The notes: generated by a model not told the origin, from the letters alone. A DNA stretch of 64,000 bases from Paracoccaceae bacterium (GCA_040830705.1 JBFOME010000004.1:3283-67282); one strand, 5' to 3'; positions 39,030 through 49,954 are shown, numbered from the stretch's first letter. Numbers and translations are program-made.

Positions 39030-39913
39030 TCGAGTACCTGGCTGAGCCATTTGACTACGCCTACATGACAAACGCTATGTGGGTGTCGGCGCTGGTCGGC
39101 GGCGTCTGCGCCTTTCTGTCCGCTTATCTGATGCTCAAGGGCTGGTCGCTGATCGGTGACGCGCTGTCCCATTCGGTGGTGCCGGGCGTCGCCGGGGCCT
39201 ATATTCTCGGGTTGCCGTTCTCGATGGGCGCCTTTCTTGCGGGCGGGCTGGCGGCGGGCGCAATGCTGTTCCTGTCTGAACGCTCGGGCCTCAAGGTGGA
39301 TGTCATCATCGGCCTGATCTTCACCTCGTTTTTTGGGCTGGGACTGTTCATCGTGTCGATCAACCCGATGTCGATCTCGATCCAGACCATCACGATGGGC
39401 AATATCCTGGCCATCACGCCCGAGGATACGCTGCAACTGGCGATCATCGGCTTTGTTTCGCTGGCAGTGCTGCTGGCGAAGTGGAAAGACCTAATGGTCA
39501 CCTTTTTTGACGAGAACCACGCCCGCGCCATCGGGCTGCGGCCAGGTTTGCTGAAAGCGGTGTTCTTTGTGCTGCTCTCGGCCTCGGTGGTCGCCGCAAT
39601 GCAAACCGTTGGCGCATTTCTGGTGATCGCCATGGTGGTGACCCCGGGGGCCACCGCCTATCTGCTCTGCGACCGGTTTCCCCGGCTGATCCTGACCTCG
39701 GTTTTGATCGGGTCGGTCACAAGCTTTCTCGGGGCCTATGTCAGCTATTTCCTCGACGGGGCGACTGGCGGCATCATCGTCTGCTTGCAAACGCTTCTGT
39801 TTCTTGCGGCATTTGTCTTTGCCCCGAAACACGGGCTATTGGCGGCCCGGCGCAAGGCGGATGCGGCGCTGGCGCGCGGCCCGACCTCCAAGCCGGAACG
39901 AAAGGCAGCCTGA
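39026..39913 (+). CDS. sitC: Mn/Fe ABC transporter permease
   Basis: [28 protein letters not shown]. Confidence 0.93.
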   Translation: MIEYLAEPFDYAYMTNAMWVSALVGGVCAFLSAYLMLKGWSLIGDALSHSVVPGVAGAYILGLPFSMGAFLAGGLAAGAMLFLSERSGLKVDVIIGLIFTSFFGLGLFIVSINPMSISIQTITMGNILAITPEDTLQLAIIGFVSLAVLLAKWKDLMVTFFDENHARAIGLRPGLLKAVFFVLLSASVVAAMQTVGAFLVIAMVVTPGATAYLLCDRFPRLILTSVLIGSVTSFLGAYVSYFLDGATGGIIVCLQTLLFLAAFVFAPKHGLLAARRKADAALARGPTSKPERKAA

Positions 39914-40782
39914 TGGAGATCGAGACGCTGCTCCTGCCCTTCCGCTTTCCCTTCATGCAGAACGCCTTTCTGATCTCGATGATCGTCTCGGTGCCAACAG
40001 CCCTGCTGTCGTGTTTTCTGGTGATGAAGGGCTGGGCGCTGATGGGCGACGCGGTCAGCCATGCTGTGCTGCCAGGGATCGTGCTGGCTTATATCTTCGG
40101 CCTGCCGCTGATCGTCGGAGCTTTCGCGGCGGGCATGACCTGCGCCGTGGCCACTGGTTATCTGTCCAGCAATAGCCGAGTCAAACAGGATACGGTTATG
40201 GGCGTGGTGTTTTCCGGCATGTTCGGGCTGGGTATCGTCCTTTATGTTTCTGTGCCTACCAACGCGCATCTCGATCACATCCTTTTTGGCAATATGCTGG
40301 GGGTCGAGGCGCATGAGCTTTGGCAAGCAGGGATCATCTCGGGGCTCGTCGCCCTGGGGCTGGGGCTGAAATGGAAGGACCTGCTGCTGCACAGTTTTGA
40401 CCCGGCGCAGGCGCGTGCGTCGGGGCTTTGGGTCAACTGGCTTTATTATGGTTTGCTGGCCGCACTTTCGCTGACCATCGTGGCGACGCTGGCCGCAGCC
40501 GGGTTGATCCTGGCTATCGGATTGCTGATTGCACCAGGTGCAATCGCCTTTCTGATCGTTCGCAAGTTTTCAACCATGCTTTGGGTCTCGGTTCTGGTCT
40601 GCATGGCGGCGATGTTGCTGGGCACCTATGCCAGTTTTTTCCTCGACAGCGCGCCCGCACCCACCATCGTACTGATCCTGACGGCAATGTTTCTGATCGC
40701 TTTCATACGGCGCCAGATCATCACGCGCCGCCTGTCCATGCGCCGGGTCGAGGCCGCTTCACATAATGGCCCCGCATCCTGA
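39913..40782 (+). CDS. sitD: Mn/Fe ABC transporter permease
   Basis: KGWALMGDAVSHAVLPG, HLDHILFGNMLG. Confidence 0.93.
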   Translation: MEIETLLLPFRFPFMQNAFLISMIVSVPTALLSCFLVMKGWALMGDAVSHAVLPGIVLAYIFGLPLIVGAFAAGMTCAVATGYLSSNSRVKQDTVMGVVFSGMFGLGIVLYVSVPTNAHLDHILFGNMLGVEAHELWQAGIISGLVALGLGLKWKDLLLHSFDPAQARASGLWVNWLYYGLLAALSLTIVATLAAAGLILAIGLLIAPGAIAFLIVRKFSTMLWVSVLVCMAAMLLGTYASFFLDSAPAPTIVLILTAMFLIAFIRRQIITRRLSMRRVEAASHNGPAS

Positions 40783-41762
40783 TGGCCCGGATCGTGATCG
40801 CAGGCGCTGGCGCTATCGGATGTCTGACGGGTGGGCTTTTGGCACGCGGCGGACATCAGGTCACGCTGCTGGGGCGGGTCCGTGTTCTGGATGCGGTGCG
40901 CGCACAAGGGCTGACCGTCACCGATTTTTCGGGTCTTTCAGTCCGCCTGGACGCCGCCGATCTCGGTTTGTCCGAAAACCAGGCCTGCCTTGCAGAGGCC
41001 GAACTGGTGATCGTGACCGTCAAGACAACCGCAACCGAAGAGATCGCAAAGCAGATCGCGTCACATGCTCCGCCCCATGCACCGGTCTTGTCCTGGCAGA
41101 ACGGAATTGGCAATGCCGAGGTCCTGCGCGCGGGGTTGCCCAAACGTGACATCCGCGCCGGGATGGTGCCCTTCAACGTTGTGCCGCAGGCAGAGGGTCG
41201 CTATCACCGCGCCACCTCGGGGGATATCGTCATTGAAGCGGGTCCTGGTGGCTTGGGCCAGCAACTGACCGTGCCAGACCTGCGTGTCACCGAAAGCGAT
41301 CAGATCGAGGCGATCCAGTGGGGCAAGCTGCTGATCAACCTCAACAACGCGCTCAACGCTTTGTCCGGCCTGACCCTGCAGGCGCAGTTGCTGGACCGCA
41401 ACTGGCGCCATCTGATGGCAGATCAGATGGCCGAAGCGCTGGCCGTGCTGAAAGCTGCCGGCATCGCTTCCGAATCCACTACACCACTGCCCACCTGGAT
41501 GCTGCCGCATGTCCTGCGCCTGCCGACGCCGCTCTTCTCGCGGATCGCGGCGCGGATGCTCATCATCGACCCGCATGCGCGCACCTCGATGGCTTATGAC
41601 CTGATGGCGGGGCGGGTGACCGAGATCGGCACGCTTCAGGGCGAAATCATTGCGCTGGGGCAATCCCATAACCGGCCCACACCGCTCTGCCAGAAGGTCG
41701 CAGGGCTGATCCGCAGCGCGCCGGAAGTGCCCCTGACCCCCGACCAGATCCGCGCCGCCTAG
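40782..41762 (+). CDS. panE: 2-dehydropantoate 2-reductase (ApbA/PanE family)
   Basis: GAGAIG, VTVK, WQNGIGN, WGKLLINLNN, TSMAYDL, TEI. Confidence 0.82.
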   Translation: MARIVIAGAGAIGCLTGGLLARGGHQVTLLGRVRVLDAVRAQGLTVTDFSGLSVRLDAADLGLSENQACLAEAELVIVTVKTTATEEIAKQIASHAPPHAPVLSWQNGIGNAEVLRAGLPKRDIRAGMVPFNVVPQAEGRYHRATSGDIVIEAGPGGLGQQLTVPDLRVTESDQIEAIQWGKLLINLNNALNALSGLTLQAQLLDRNWRHLMADQMAEALAVLKAAGIASESTTPLPTWMLPHVLRLPTPLFSRIAARMLIIDPHARTSMAYDLMAGRVTEIGTLQGEIIALGQSHNRPTPLCQKVAGLIRSAPEVPLTPDQIRAA

Positions 41763-43225
41763 GCGAAGAGAGTCAGCACACCGAAGAGCGCCGCGGACAG
41801 CAGCGCCGTGGCGGGGACGGTCACCACCCAGGCGGCGATGATGGTCATGAAATGCGAGCGGCGCACGAGTTTGCGGTGGCGACGTTCTTCGATGGCGACC
41901 CGCTGCGCGGGCAGCGACCGGCGCTGGATGTTTCGGACATGCCATTCTCGATAGAACCCCACACCGAAGACGCCTCCAACCGCGATATGGGTCGAACTGA
42001 CCGGCAGGCCCTGCCAACTGGCCAGTAACACGGTAATGGCTGTGGACAAGGCCACGCAGAAGGCGCGCATCGGGTTCAGCTTGGTGATCTGCGTACCCAC
42101 CATCCGAATAAGCCGCGGGCCAAACAGGAACAGACCAAAGGAGATACCAAACGCCCCGATCGTTATCACCCAGCCGGGCACTGGCACCTCTGCCGCAAAC
42201 GCTCCGAACTGACTGGTATGCACAATGGCCGCCACCGGACCCACCGCATTGGCCACGTCATTGGCCCCATGCGCGAAACTCAAAAGGGTCGCGGCCACAA
42301 CCAGCGGTAGGCCAAACAGGCTTTTGAGCGAACGGGTCCGGTTCTCCATCCCTTCGGATCTGCGGCGCACCCATGGCGCGGTGATGCGCCAAGTCGCGCC
42401 TCCAGCAAGAAGACCCGTCAAAAGCGCCGGGCCGAGGTCGATCCGGACAACCCGTTCCAGGCCCTTGACCGCCAGATAGGCGACAAAGGCGCCTGCCATC
42501 ACTGCAACCAGAACCGGGACCCAAATCCGAGCGGCTGCGATTTTATCGTCCTGATCCTGAATGCGCGTCCTGATAAACGCCAGAATGGCGGCGGCGATAA
42601 CGCCACCCAACAATGGCGCAATGATCCAGCTTGCCGCAATCGCACCCATCATGGGCCAGTTGACCGCCGCCGTCCCCGCAGCGGCGACACCTGCGCCCAT
42701 CACGCCGCCAACCACCGTTTGGGTGGTCGAAACCGGCGCGCGGATAAGGGTGGCAAAATTCACCCATAGCGCGGAGGAAATCAGCGCCGCCAACATTGCC
42801 CAGATAAAGACCTGCGCATCCTGCATCGCCGTGGGATCGACGATGTTCTTGGAAATGGTCTCGACCACCTCGCCGCCGGCCAGCAGCGCCCCTGCGCTTT
42901 CCGCCAGGGCTGCGATGCAGATCGCAGTTCCCATGCTCAGGGCATTGGCGCCCACTGCCGGACCCATATTGTTGGCCACATCGTTGGCGCCGATATTCAT
43001 GGCCATATAGGCGCCGAAGACAGCAGCCGCGATCACGACCAACCCACCGGTGGTCTGCCCGAAGAACAGCGCAGCAGTGAGACCGGCAAGAATAATGAAG
43101 GCGAGCGCGATACCCGGCGCGACCAGCGGGCGTGCCGCGTAAGAGGCGGCAAGCTCGGCGCGGGAAATGTGGCTCAGGTCACGATCAAGCTTGGTCCAGC
43201 GGAAGTCGTCCTGTCCGTCATTCAT
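41759..43225 (-). CDS. Inorganic phosphate transporter, PiT family
   Basis: GANDVANNMG and HGANDVANAVG signatures, PVSTT, PVSSTH. Confidence 0.93.
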   Translation of the reverse strand: MNDGQDDFRWTKLDRDLSHISRAELAASYAARPLVAPGIALAFIILAGLTAALFFGQTTGGLVVIAAAVFGAYMAMNIGANDVANNMGPAVGANALSMGTAICIAALAESAGALLAGGEVVETISKNIVDPTAMQDAQVFIWAMLAALISSALWVNFATLIRAPVSTTQTVVGGVMGAGVAAAGTAAVNWPMMGAIAASWIIAPLLGGVIAAAILAFIRTRIQDQDDKIAAARIWVPVLVAVMAGAFVAYLAVKGLERVVRIDLGPALLTGLLAGGATWRITAPWVRRRSEGMENRTRSLKSLFGLPLVVAATLLSFAHGANDVANAVGPVAAIVHTSQFGAFAAEVPVPGWVITIGAFGISFGLFLFGPRLIRMVGTQITKLNPMRAFCVALSTAITVLLASWQGLPVSSTHIAVGGVFGVGFYREWHVRNIQRRSLPAQRVAIEERRHRKLVRRSHFMTIIAAWVVTVPATALLSAALFGVLTLFA

Positions 43226-43306
43226 GAGACCGCCAGCACTGCGCATCGCGCGGGTCCTGCCCGCCTATCCCGTAGTGATACCGAATTACGTGTGGCAAGA
43301 CGCAAG

Positions 43307-43765
43307 TCAGAGCGCGCGCAACAGGTCTTGGAGTTCCGGCTCCGCCACCAGATTGGCGGCCTCTTTGGGGCACATCCAGCGTCGCTCGCGCTGGCCTGCC
43401 TCGGGGAAATCATCGGCCAGCGCATCCACCTTGATCCGATAGACGCTGACCCGCACCGGTTGCTTAGCGCCGTCATTCAGCACTTTGCCGTAATCGAAGC
43501 TGCCGACCGGTTCATTGTCGATCTGTTCGGCTTGCACGCCTGCCTCTTCCCAGGCTTCCTGCAGCGCCGATTCCGCGCCGGTCTTGCCATCGATGGGCCA
43601 GCCTTTCGGCACCACCCAGCGGCCGGATCCCCGACTGGTGATCATCAGCACTTCGCGATTTTTCTTCTTGCCGCGCAGGCAGAGCGCCGCAACCTGCACC
43701 GCTTCTGGACGCTGGATAAGAGGGCGCACAACCTCTTCCCAGGTACTCTTTAACGCCATAAACAT
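43307..43765 (-). CDS. NUDIX hydrolase
   Basis: QVAALC, ITSRGSGRWVVPKGW, ALQEAWEEAGV Nudix box, FPEAGQRERRW. Confidence 0.9.
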   Translation of the reverse strand: MFMALKSTWEEVVRPLIQRPEAVQVAALCLRGKKKNREVLMITSRGSGRWVVPKGWPIDGKTGAESALQEAWEEAGVQAEQIDNEPVGSFDYGKVLNDGAKQPVRVSVYRIKVDALADDFPEAGQRERRWMCPKEAANLVAEPELQDLLRAL

Positions 43766-43936
43766 ACTGCCGACCCTTTCTTTGCCGCTTATGAGCGCGG
43801 CTATCGCTCTGATACTTGGACATTTTGCCCGATTTTTCAACAAATCTGGGGGCATTTGACGCCTAGAAATCTGAAAAATGACATAATAGGCACGAAAAAT
43901 GCATCAAAAGCGGCGTCATTGCGCCTCTGCGAGCGT

Positions 43937-46393
43937 TCAGCGCCCGGAGGGGCGGCGTTTGGCGCGAAGGGTGGGATCGGCCTGCGTCGGGTCTTCGGGC
44001 CAGGGATGTTTCGGGTATTGCGCGCGCATGTCCTTGCGTACATCGGCATATGATCCGGCCCAGAAGCCCGGCAGATCGCGGGTGATCTGGATCGGGCGCT
44101 GCGCAGGTGACAGCAGCGTGACCTTCAACGGGACACCACCGCTTTCGGGGTGGCGCGTTACGCCAAACATTTCTTGCAGCCGGACCGAGATTTCGGGGCC
44201 GTCCGACCCGTAGTCAATCGCCACCTTGCGCCCGAGCGGCGTCACGAATTGCCCCGGTACACGGCGGTCCAGCTCCTGCATCTGGGACCAGCTGAGCGCG
44301 GCCTGCAACGCGGGGAGGACATCGAATTTCCGCCAATCTGAGGCACTGCGAACGCCGCTCAGCATCGGCAGCAGCCAGTCTTCCAGCGTATCGGTCAGTC
44401 CCTGAAGCGAAAAGTCGGGGAAGTCACCACCCTCGGCACGGGCGAGTTCCACGCGCGTGGCCAACCGCTCTGCAGCACCCTGCAACCGCAGACCCAGATC
44501 GCGGACGCCGTCCAGCATCGCGCGCGCCACGCGCTCTGGCGGGACATCCTTCCAAATGCGATCCTCCAGCGTGATCGCGCCTAGCCGCTCCTGCCTGCGG
44601 GCGATCACCCGCCGCTCACGCTTGGACCAGTCGCAGCTGTCGACCCATTCGATCTGGCTCTCGAAACCGTCGCGTATCTCGCGTTCGGAGATTTGAACCG
44701 CCTGCCGAATTCGTGCCTCGCGCGGATTGCCATCGGTGTCGGTCGCAACAAGATAAGCTGCGCCGGCCAGAGGATCACCCGCATCCAAAACGGCCCCCTT
44801 GCCGCCACTCAGAACAAAGCTCGGCGCATCGCCGGGGCGGCGCTGGCCGATGCGGTCGGGGTAGGCCAGCGCCGCCATCACCGCCGGACTGAGTGTTTCG
44901 GACACCGTTGGGGCCTGCCGAGCCAGCCGTCTGGCTTCATCCTTGACCCGGTTCACAGCGCCGGGATTGACCTGATAAGGACGCTCGCGGCGGAAGCGTT
45001 GCAGATCGCGAAGGGCCGTCAGCCGCAGGGTCAAATCGACCGGCGCGCCGCGCAGGATATCACGATCCGCCAAAAGCGCGGCCAAGGGGGCGGCGTCGCG
45101 CCCGGCCCGGATCAGCATATGGCCCAGTCGCGGATGCAGGGGTAGTCGCGCCAGTGCCCGCCCGTGATCGGTGATCCGGCCACGCGCGTCCAGCGCGCCC
45201 AGCAAGGCAAGCAGCCCGCTCGCTTCTTGCATCGCGCCCTCGGGCGGCTGGGTCAGAAACGGCAGTTCGCCCGGCGCGGCCCCCCATTGCGCCAGTTCCA
45301 GCGCCAGCCCGGTCAGATCCGCCGCCTCGATCTCGGCAGGTGGAAACGCCATCAGCGCCCCTTCTTCACCCTTCGACCAGAGCCGGTAACACACGCCCTC
45401 GGCCACACGGCCCGCCCGGCCCGCACGCTGGGTGGCCTCGGCGCGGGTAACACGCTCGGTCACCAGCCGGGACATGCCAGAGCCCGGATCAAACCGTGCC
45501 CGCCGCGCCCGGCCCATATCGACCACCGCCCGTACATCCGGCAGGGTCAGCGAGGTTTCGGCAATCGAGGTTGCCAGAACCAGTTTGCGGCCTTCGCGCG
45601 CTGGGGCGATCGCCTTGCGTTGTTCGGCGAAGGGCAGGGCGCCGAACAGGGGATGCACAGCGCAATTCTTGGGCAGACGGTCGCTCAGCCGACCCTGAAC
45701 GCGCCGAATCTCACCTTCGCCCGGCAGAAAGACCAGCAGACTGCCACCAGCGCCGCGCGTTTCCTGCTCGGCCCGTATCACAAGATCGGCCAATGCCATG
45801 AGCGAGTCGGCATCCTTGCCTAATGGCCGCTCCAGCCAGCGGAGATCGACCGGATAGCTTCGCCCTTCGGAGGTGATCAATGGCGCCTGCATGAGCGCGG
45901 CTACCGGTCCGGCATCCAGCGTGGCCGACATGGCCAACAGGATCAGGTCATCGCGCAACGCGCCTGCCACCTCAAGGCAGAGCGCCAGTCCCAGATCGGC
46001 ATTCAGCGAGCGTTCGTGAAATTCATCGAAAATCACCGCGGCCACGCCCGGCAAATCGGGGTCCGATTGCAGCATCCGCGTCAGAATGCCTTCGGTCACC
46101 ACTTCAATCCGGTTGTCTGGCCCGCTCTTCACTTCGCCCCTGATGCGATAGCCAATCGTCTGACCGACCGGTTCGCCGAGGGTTTCGGCCATCCGCTCGG
46201 CGGCAGCCCGGGCGGCCAGGCGGCGCGGTTCGAGCATGACGATCCGGCCCTGGGCCAGTCCTGCCTCTAGCATGGCCAGCGGCACGCGCGTGGTCTTGCC
46301 CGCACCAGGTGGGGCTTGCAATACGGCGCGGCGCGAGTGGCGCAGCGCGCCCAGCAGGTCGGGCAGGGCGTCCTCGATGGGCAGTCGGGTCAT
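43937..46393 (-). CDS. hrpB: ATP-dependent helicase HrpB
   Basis: APPGAGKTT, DEFHERSL, SAT, ATSIAETSLT, QRAGRAGR, C-terminal YPKHPWP. Confidence 0.96.
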   Translation of the reverse strand: MTRLPIEDALPDLLGALRHSRRAVLQAPPGAGKTTRVPLAMLEAGLAQGRIVMLEPRRLAARAAAERMAETLGEPVGQTIGYRIRGEVKSGPDNRIEVVTEGILTRMLQSDPDLPGVAAVIFDEFHERSLNADLGLALCLEVAGALRDDLILLAMSATLDAGPVAALMQAPLITSEGRSYPVDLRWLERPLGKDADSLMALADLVIRAEQETRGAGGSLLVFLPGEGEIRRVQGRLSDRLPKNCAVHPLFGALPFAEQRKAIAPAREGRKLVLATSIAETSLTLPDVRAVVDMGRARRARFDPGSGMSRLVTERVTRAEATQRAGRAGRVAEGVCYRLWSKGEEGALMAFPPAEIEAADLTGLALELAQWGAAPGELPFLTQPPEGAMQEASGLLALLGALDARGRITDHGRALARLPLHPRLGHMLIRAGRDAAPLAALLADRDILRGAPVDLTLRLTALRDLQRFRRERPYQVNPGAVNRVKDEARRLARQAPTVSETLSPAVMAALAYPDRIGQRRPGDAPSFVLSGGKGAVLDAGDPLAGAAYLVATDTDGNPREARIRQAVQISEREIRDGFESQIEWVDSCDWSKRERRVIARRQERLGAITLEDRIWKDVPPERVARAMLDGVRDLGLRLQGAAERLATRVELARAEGGDFPDFSLQGLTDTLEDWLLPMLSGVRSASDWRKFDVLPALQAALSWSQMQELDRRVPGQFVTPLGRKVAIDYGSDGPEISVRLQEMFGVTRHPESGGVPLKVTLLSPAQRPIQITRDLPGFWAGSYADVRKDMRAQYPKHPWPEDPTQADPTLRAKRRPSGR

Positions 46394-46407
46394 GCCAACT
46401 CCCGTGC

Positions 46408-47109
46408 CTAGCGCCGGATGACCGTGGCAGGGCCGAAGAGTGTATCCGCGCGCACCTCTACCAGCCGCATCAGATCGCCGGCTGGGGCGTAGGTGGTCGT
46501 GAATTCGAAGTCGCGCTTGCGTTTCAGGTCCTCTGGCGAATAGCCAGCCACGCGGCGAAAAACGCCGTGGCAGGTGATCAGCGGCCCGGCTTCAGTGCGG
46601 CGCAGCATCTCAATTTCGGTCAGCCGCTTGCCGTCGAAGACCCGCTGCGTGAGATCGCACAGACCTTTTGCAGGCTGATCGCGCATCACAACAAAAAGGG
46701 CCGTCAGCGGGTCAAGCGCGCCTTTTTGTTCCGCGTCGGTGACCGCATGTTCGGATTTGGGCCCTGGATCGGCATCATCAGAGCGAGCCACGCCACCCGT
46801 ATAGGTCAGCCGCTCGTTTGACTGCCGGCGGCCAGTGTTCATTTCTTCGACATAGTTGCGCGGCTGGAACGTGCCATCGTTCACGCGGCCATTGGCTTTC
46901 AGTTGGAACTGCACGCCCGAGAGAGCATTGACCAGACCGCTGGTCTCGAACCGTGAAGCAACGGCGTAGCGCCCGTCGGTGATCGTGCCGGACAGGGCCA
47001 GATCACCAACCTTGGCGCCAAGCGCGCGCACATCATACTGTCCCTCGGTGTGCTGTGCCCATCCAAAGCCGGGCTGGCACAGAAGCAGGATGACCCCTAT
47101 CAATCGCAT
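46408..47109 (-). CDS. Exported DUF3108-like protein
   Basis: Signal peptide MRLIGVILLLCQPGFGWAQ, LDPLTALF, VFDGKRL. Confidence 0.7.
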   Translation of the reverse strand: MRLIGVILLLCQPGFGWAQHTEGQYDVRALGAKVGDLALSGTITDGRYAVASRFETSGLVNALSGVQFQLKANGRVNDGTFQPRNYVEEMNTGRRQSNERLTYTGGVARSDDADPGPKSEHAVTDAEQKGALDPLTALFVVMRDQPAKGLCDLTQRVFDGKRLTEIEMLRRTEAGPLITCHGVFRRVAGYSPEDLKRKRDFEFTTTYAPAGDLMRLVEVRADTLFGPATVIRR

Positions 47110-47192
47110 CACTAAAGATCCCTGTCGGTTCGGCACTGGACAAAGGCGATATACCCACGGCATGAAGGCACCACAACAGCATTGGCGAGGCC

Positions 47193-48188
47193 ATGACAAC
47201 CGATACTCTGTCAATCCGGATCCTGAACGGCGAGCGCCGTGCATTGGCCCGTGCGATAACTTTGGTCGAAAGCCAGCGCGCCGACCACCGGGCCGAGGCC
47301 GCGTCGCTGCTGGAACAGTTGCGCAAATCGGGTCGCCAGGCGATCCGGATCGGGTTGTCGGGCACGCCCGGTGTCGGCAAGTCGACCTTTATTGAGAGCT
47401 TCGGGATGTTTCTGACCGGGCAGGGGCTGCGGGTGGCCGTACTGGCGGTCGATCCAAGCTCGGCCCGTTCGGGCGGATCTATCTTGGGTGACAAGACGCG
47501 CATGGACCGGCTGTCGCGCGACCCCAACGCCTTTATCCGTCCTTCACCCAGCCAAGCCCATCTGGGTGGCGTGGCGCGCCGTACACGAGAGGCGGTGAGC
47601 CTTTGTGAGGCGGCTGGCTTTGACGTGGTGCTGATCGAAACAGTTGGCGTGGGCCAATCGGAAACGGTGGTGTCCGAGATTTCCGACATCTTTCTGCTTT
47701 TGCTTGCGCCTGCTGGCGGCGACGAGCTTCAGGGCGTCAAGCGCGGCATCATGGAAATGGCCGATATGATTCTGGTGAACAAGGCTGACGGTGACCTGAA
47801 GGCCACCGCCACCCGCACCTGCGCCGATTATGCCGGGGCGCTGCGCCTGCTGCGCAAACGCCCACAAGACCCCGAGGGTTTCCCCAAAGCCATGACCGTC
47901 TCGGCCGTCGAGGAGCACGGGCTGGAGCAGGCCTGGAGCGAGATGCAGGCGTTGACTCAATGGCGCCGTGAAGCCGGTCATTGGGAGGCCAACCGCGCGG
48001 CGCAAGCGCAATACTGGTTCGAACAGGAGGTTCGGGCGGCCCTTCTGGCCCGCCTTTCGACCCCGCAAGCGCGCAGCGAAATGGAGCAAATGGGGATCAA
48101 GGTCAGCAGCGGCCAGATCAGCCCCTCGGCTGCCGCCGATCTGATGTTGGCGACGTTGACGACGGGGCAAGAGCAAAAGACCCTCTGA
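47193..48188 (+). CDS. meaB: Methylmalonyl-CoA mutase-associated GTPase
   Basis: GTPGVGKST, AVDPSS, GDKTRM, ETVGVGQSE, GDELQGVKRG, NKAD. Confidence 0.95.
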   Translation: MTTDTLSIRILNGERRALARAITLVESQRADHRAEAASLLEQLRKSGRQAIRIGLSGTPGVGKSTFIESFGMFLTGQGLRVAVLAVDPSSARSGGSILGDKTRMDRLSRDPNAFIRPSPSQAHLGGVARRTREAVSLCEAAGFDVVLIETVGVGQSETVVSEISDIFLLLLAPAGGDELQGVKRGIMEMADMILVNKADGDLKATATRTCADYAGALRLLRKRPQDPEGFPKAMTVSAVEEHGLEQAWSEMQALTQWRREAGHWEANRAAQAQYWFEQEVRAALLARLSTPQARSEMEQMGIKVSSGQISPSAAADLMLATLTTGQEQKTL

Positions 48189-48328
48189 TCTAACGCGTAG
48201 CGCCTTCGCCTCAGATGAGGTATCGTGATTCTCGATACACTTTTGAGTTGCATTTGCTGATGGCTGAAACTCCTTTGAAAAAGTGATGACTCGAACGTGG
48301 CCTAGCGAACTTTTGGGGATTGCCGATC

Positions 48329-49515
48329 ATGCCCGATATTACCGGGACCTCAAGCGCCGACAATATTGACGTCACCAATGACGACGGCACGCTGAACGGG
48401 GTGCCGCAGGGTAACCCGATTGACAATATTGCTGCGCTTGGCGGTGCGGACACGATCACCATCAATACCAGCACGATTACAGGCAACGTCAATGCCAATG
48501 CGGGCCGTGATGATATCACAATCTCGGGCAGCACGGTGGGCCAGCTCAACGCCGGACGCGGAGCGGATACGGTCACGGTGCAGGGCTCAAGCTTTGGCAA
48601 CATCCGGCTAGGCAATCAAAACGACACACTCGATTTCCGTATCAGCACAGTCAGTGGCACGGTAAACGCGGGCGGTGGCACAGACACGCTGAACGTACCT
48701 GAGGGAACGATTGTCAATGACGCAACCTTCGGGACCTTCACAGTGCAGGCCGGGTCGGCTATTCCCTGTTGAGCGGCAGCTTCACGCTGCCCTCAGGCAA
48801 CACGATCACCTAATCAGCGTTCGAGAATGGCACCGGCGTAGCCTGTTTCACACAAGATACACGCATCTTTACCCGGGCAGGTATGCGCCCCGTCCAAACC
48901 CTGCGCGTGGGTGACCTGATCGCGACCCTGAGCCGCAGGCCACAACCGATCCGCTGGATCGGACATCGCCATTTCGACAGGGCCGCGCTGCGGGAAAACG
49001 CCCGGTTGCGCCCGGTACGCATTCTGGCCGGCGCATTGGGGGGCGGATTGCCACATCGTGATCTTCTGGTCTCGCGTCAGCACCGGATGCTTGTGCAGTC
49101 GAGAATCGCGGAACGGATGTTTGGCACGACCGAGGTTCTGATACCCGCCGTCAAACTGACCGCTCTGCCGGGTATCTACGTGGATTACACGGTGTCGACG
49201 GTCCGTTATTTTCACCTGCTCTTTGATCACCATCAGGTGATTTTTGCTGAAAACGCGCCAACCGAGAGCCTGTATGCCGGGGCGGAGGCCATGGAATCCC
49301 TGGGCCCAGAGTCGCGGCGTGAAATATACGGGCTTTTTCCGGAACTGGCGGACCAACAGGTGCCGGAAACGGCCCGTTTCATTCCTCATATGCGCCAACA
49401 AACACAGCTGATTAGACGCCACCTGAAGAATAACAAAGCCCTGCTGCAACCCGGTGCCCTTGGTGCTGGCAGGGATTTCGCGGGAGCGGCAAAGATTCCG
49501 CGCCATCCGTCTTGA
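48329..49515 (+). pseudogene. RTX-like repeat / Hint (BIL-type) protein disrupted by a 1-nt frameshift and an in-frame TAA
   Basis: N-part has GGADTI, AGRDDI, GRGADTV, GNQNDTL, GGGTDTL repeats and stops at 48772. A -1 frame from about 48755 reads YSLLSGSFTLPSGNTIT*SAFENGTGVACFTQDTRI... with TAA at 48811-48813 and Hint Cys1 at 48844, then LLVSRQHRML, YFHLLFDHH, TESLYAG. Confidence 0.85.
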
Positions 49516-49645
49516 CCCTCGCGGCGATTCCTCATACACGCATCCAACCAGTTTTCGGGCGCGCCTTCGGGCCGCGCCCTTCATGATTTGGCAGGGGCCT
49601 GACAGAGGTCGGAACCACTGCCGCAAGATACGAAGGATGAAACCC

Positions 49646-49936
49646 ATGTCGCGCCGTTGCGAACTGACCGGAAAAGGCCCGATGACTGGCAACAATGTCA
49701 GCCATGCGAAAAACAGAACCCGTCGCCGGTTCCTGCCCAACCTGAATGATGTGACCCTGCAGTCCGAAACCCTGGGCCGTGGCGTCAAGCTGCGCATCTC
49801 GGCGGCGGCCCTGCGTTCGGTCGATCACCGCGGTGGTCTGGACGCATTCCTGGCCAAAGCCAAGGACGACGAACTGTCTGCCAACGCGCTGAAGGTCAAG
49901 AAAGAGATCGCGAAGGCACAAGCGGCCTCCGCCTGA
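49646..49936 (+). CDS. rpmB: 50S ribosomal protein L28
   Basis: [33 protein letters not shown]. Confidence 0.98.
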   Translation: MSRRCELTGKGPMTGNNVSHAKNRTRRRFLPNLNDVTLQSETLGRGVKLRISAAALRSVDHRGGLDAFLAKAKDDELSANALKVKKEIAKAQAASA

Positions 49937-49954
49937 TCCCTAACCGGATTCAAG

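Noticed and set aside
49454-49645. N-terminal extension of L28 in the ORF track
   Set aside because: The conserved protein begins at ATG 49646; the upstream open frame is incidental.
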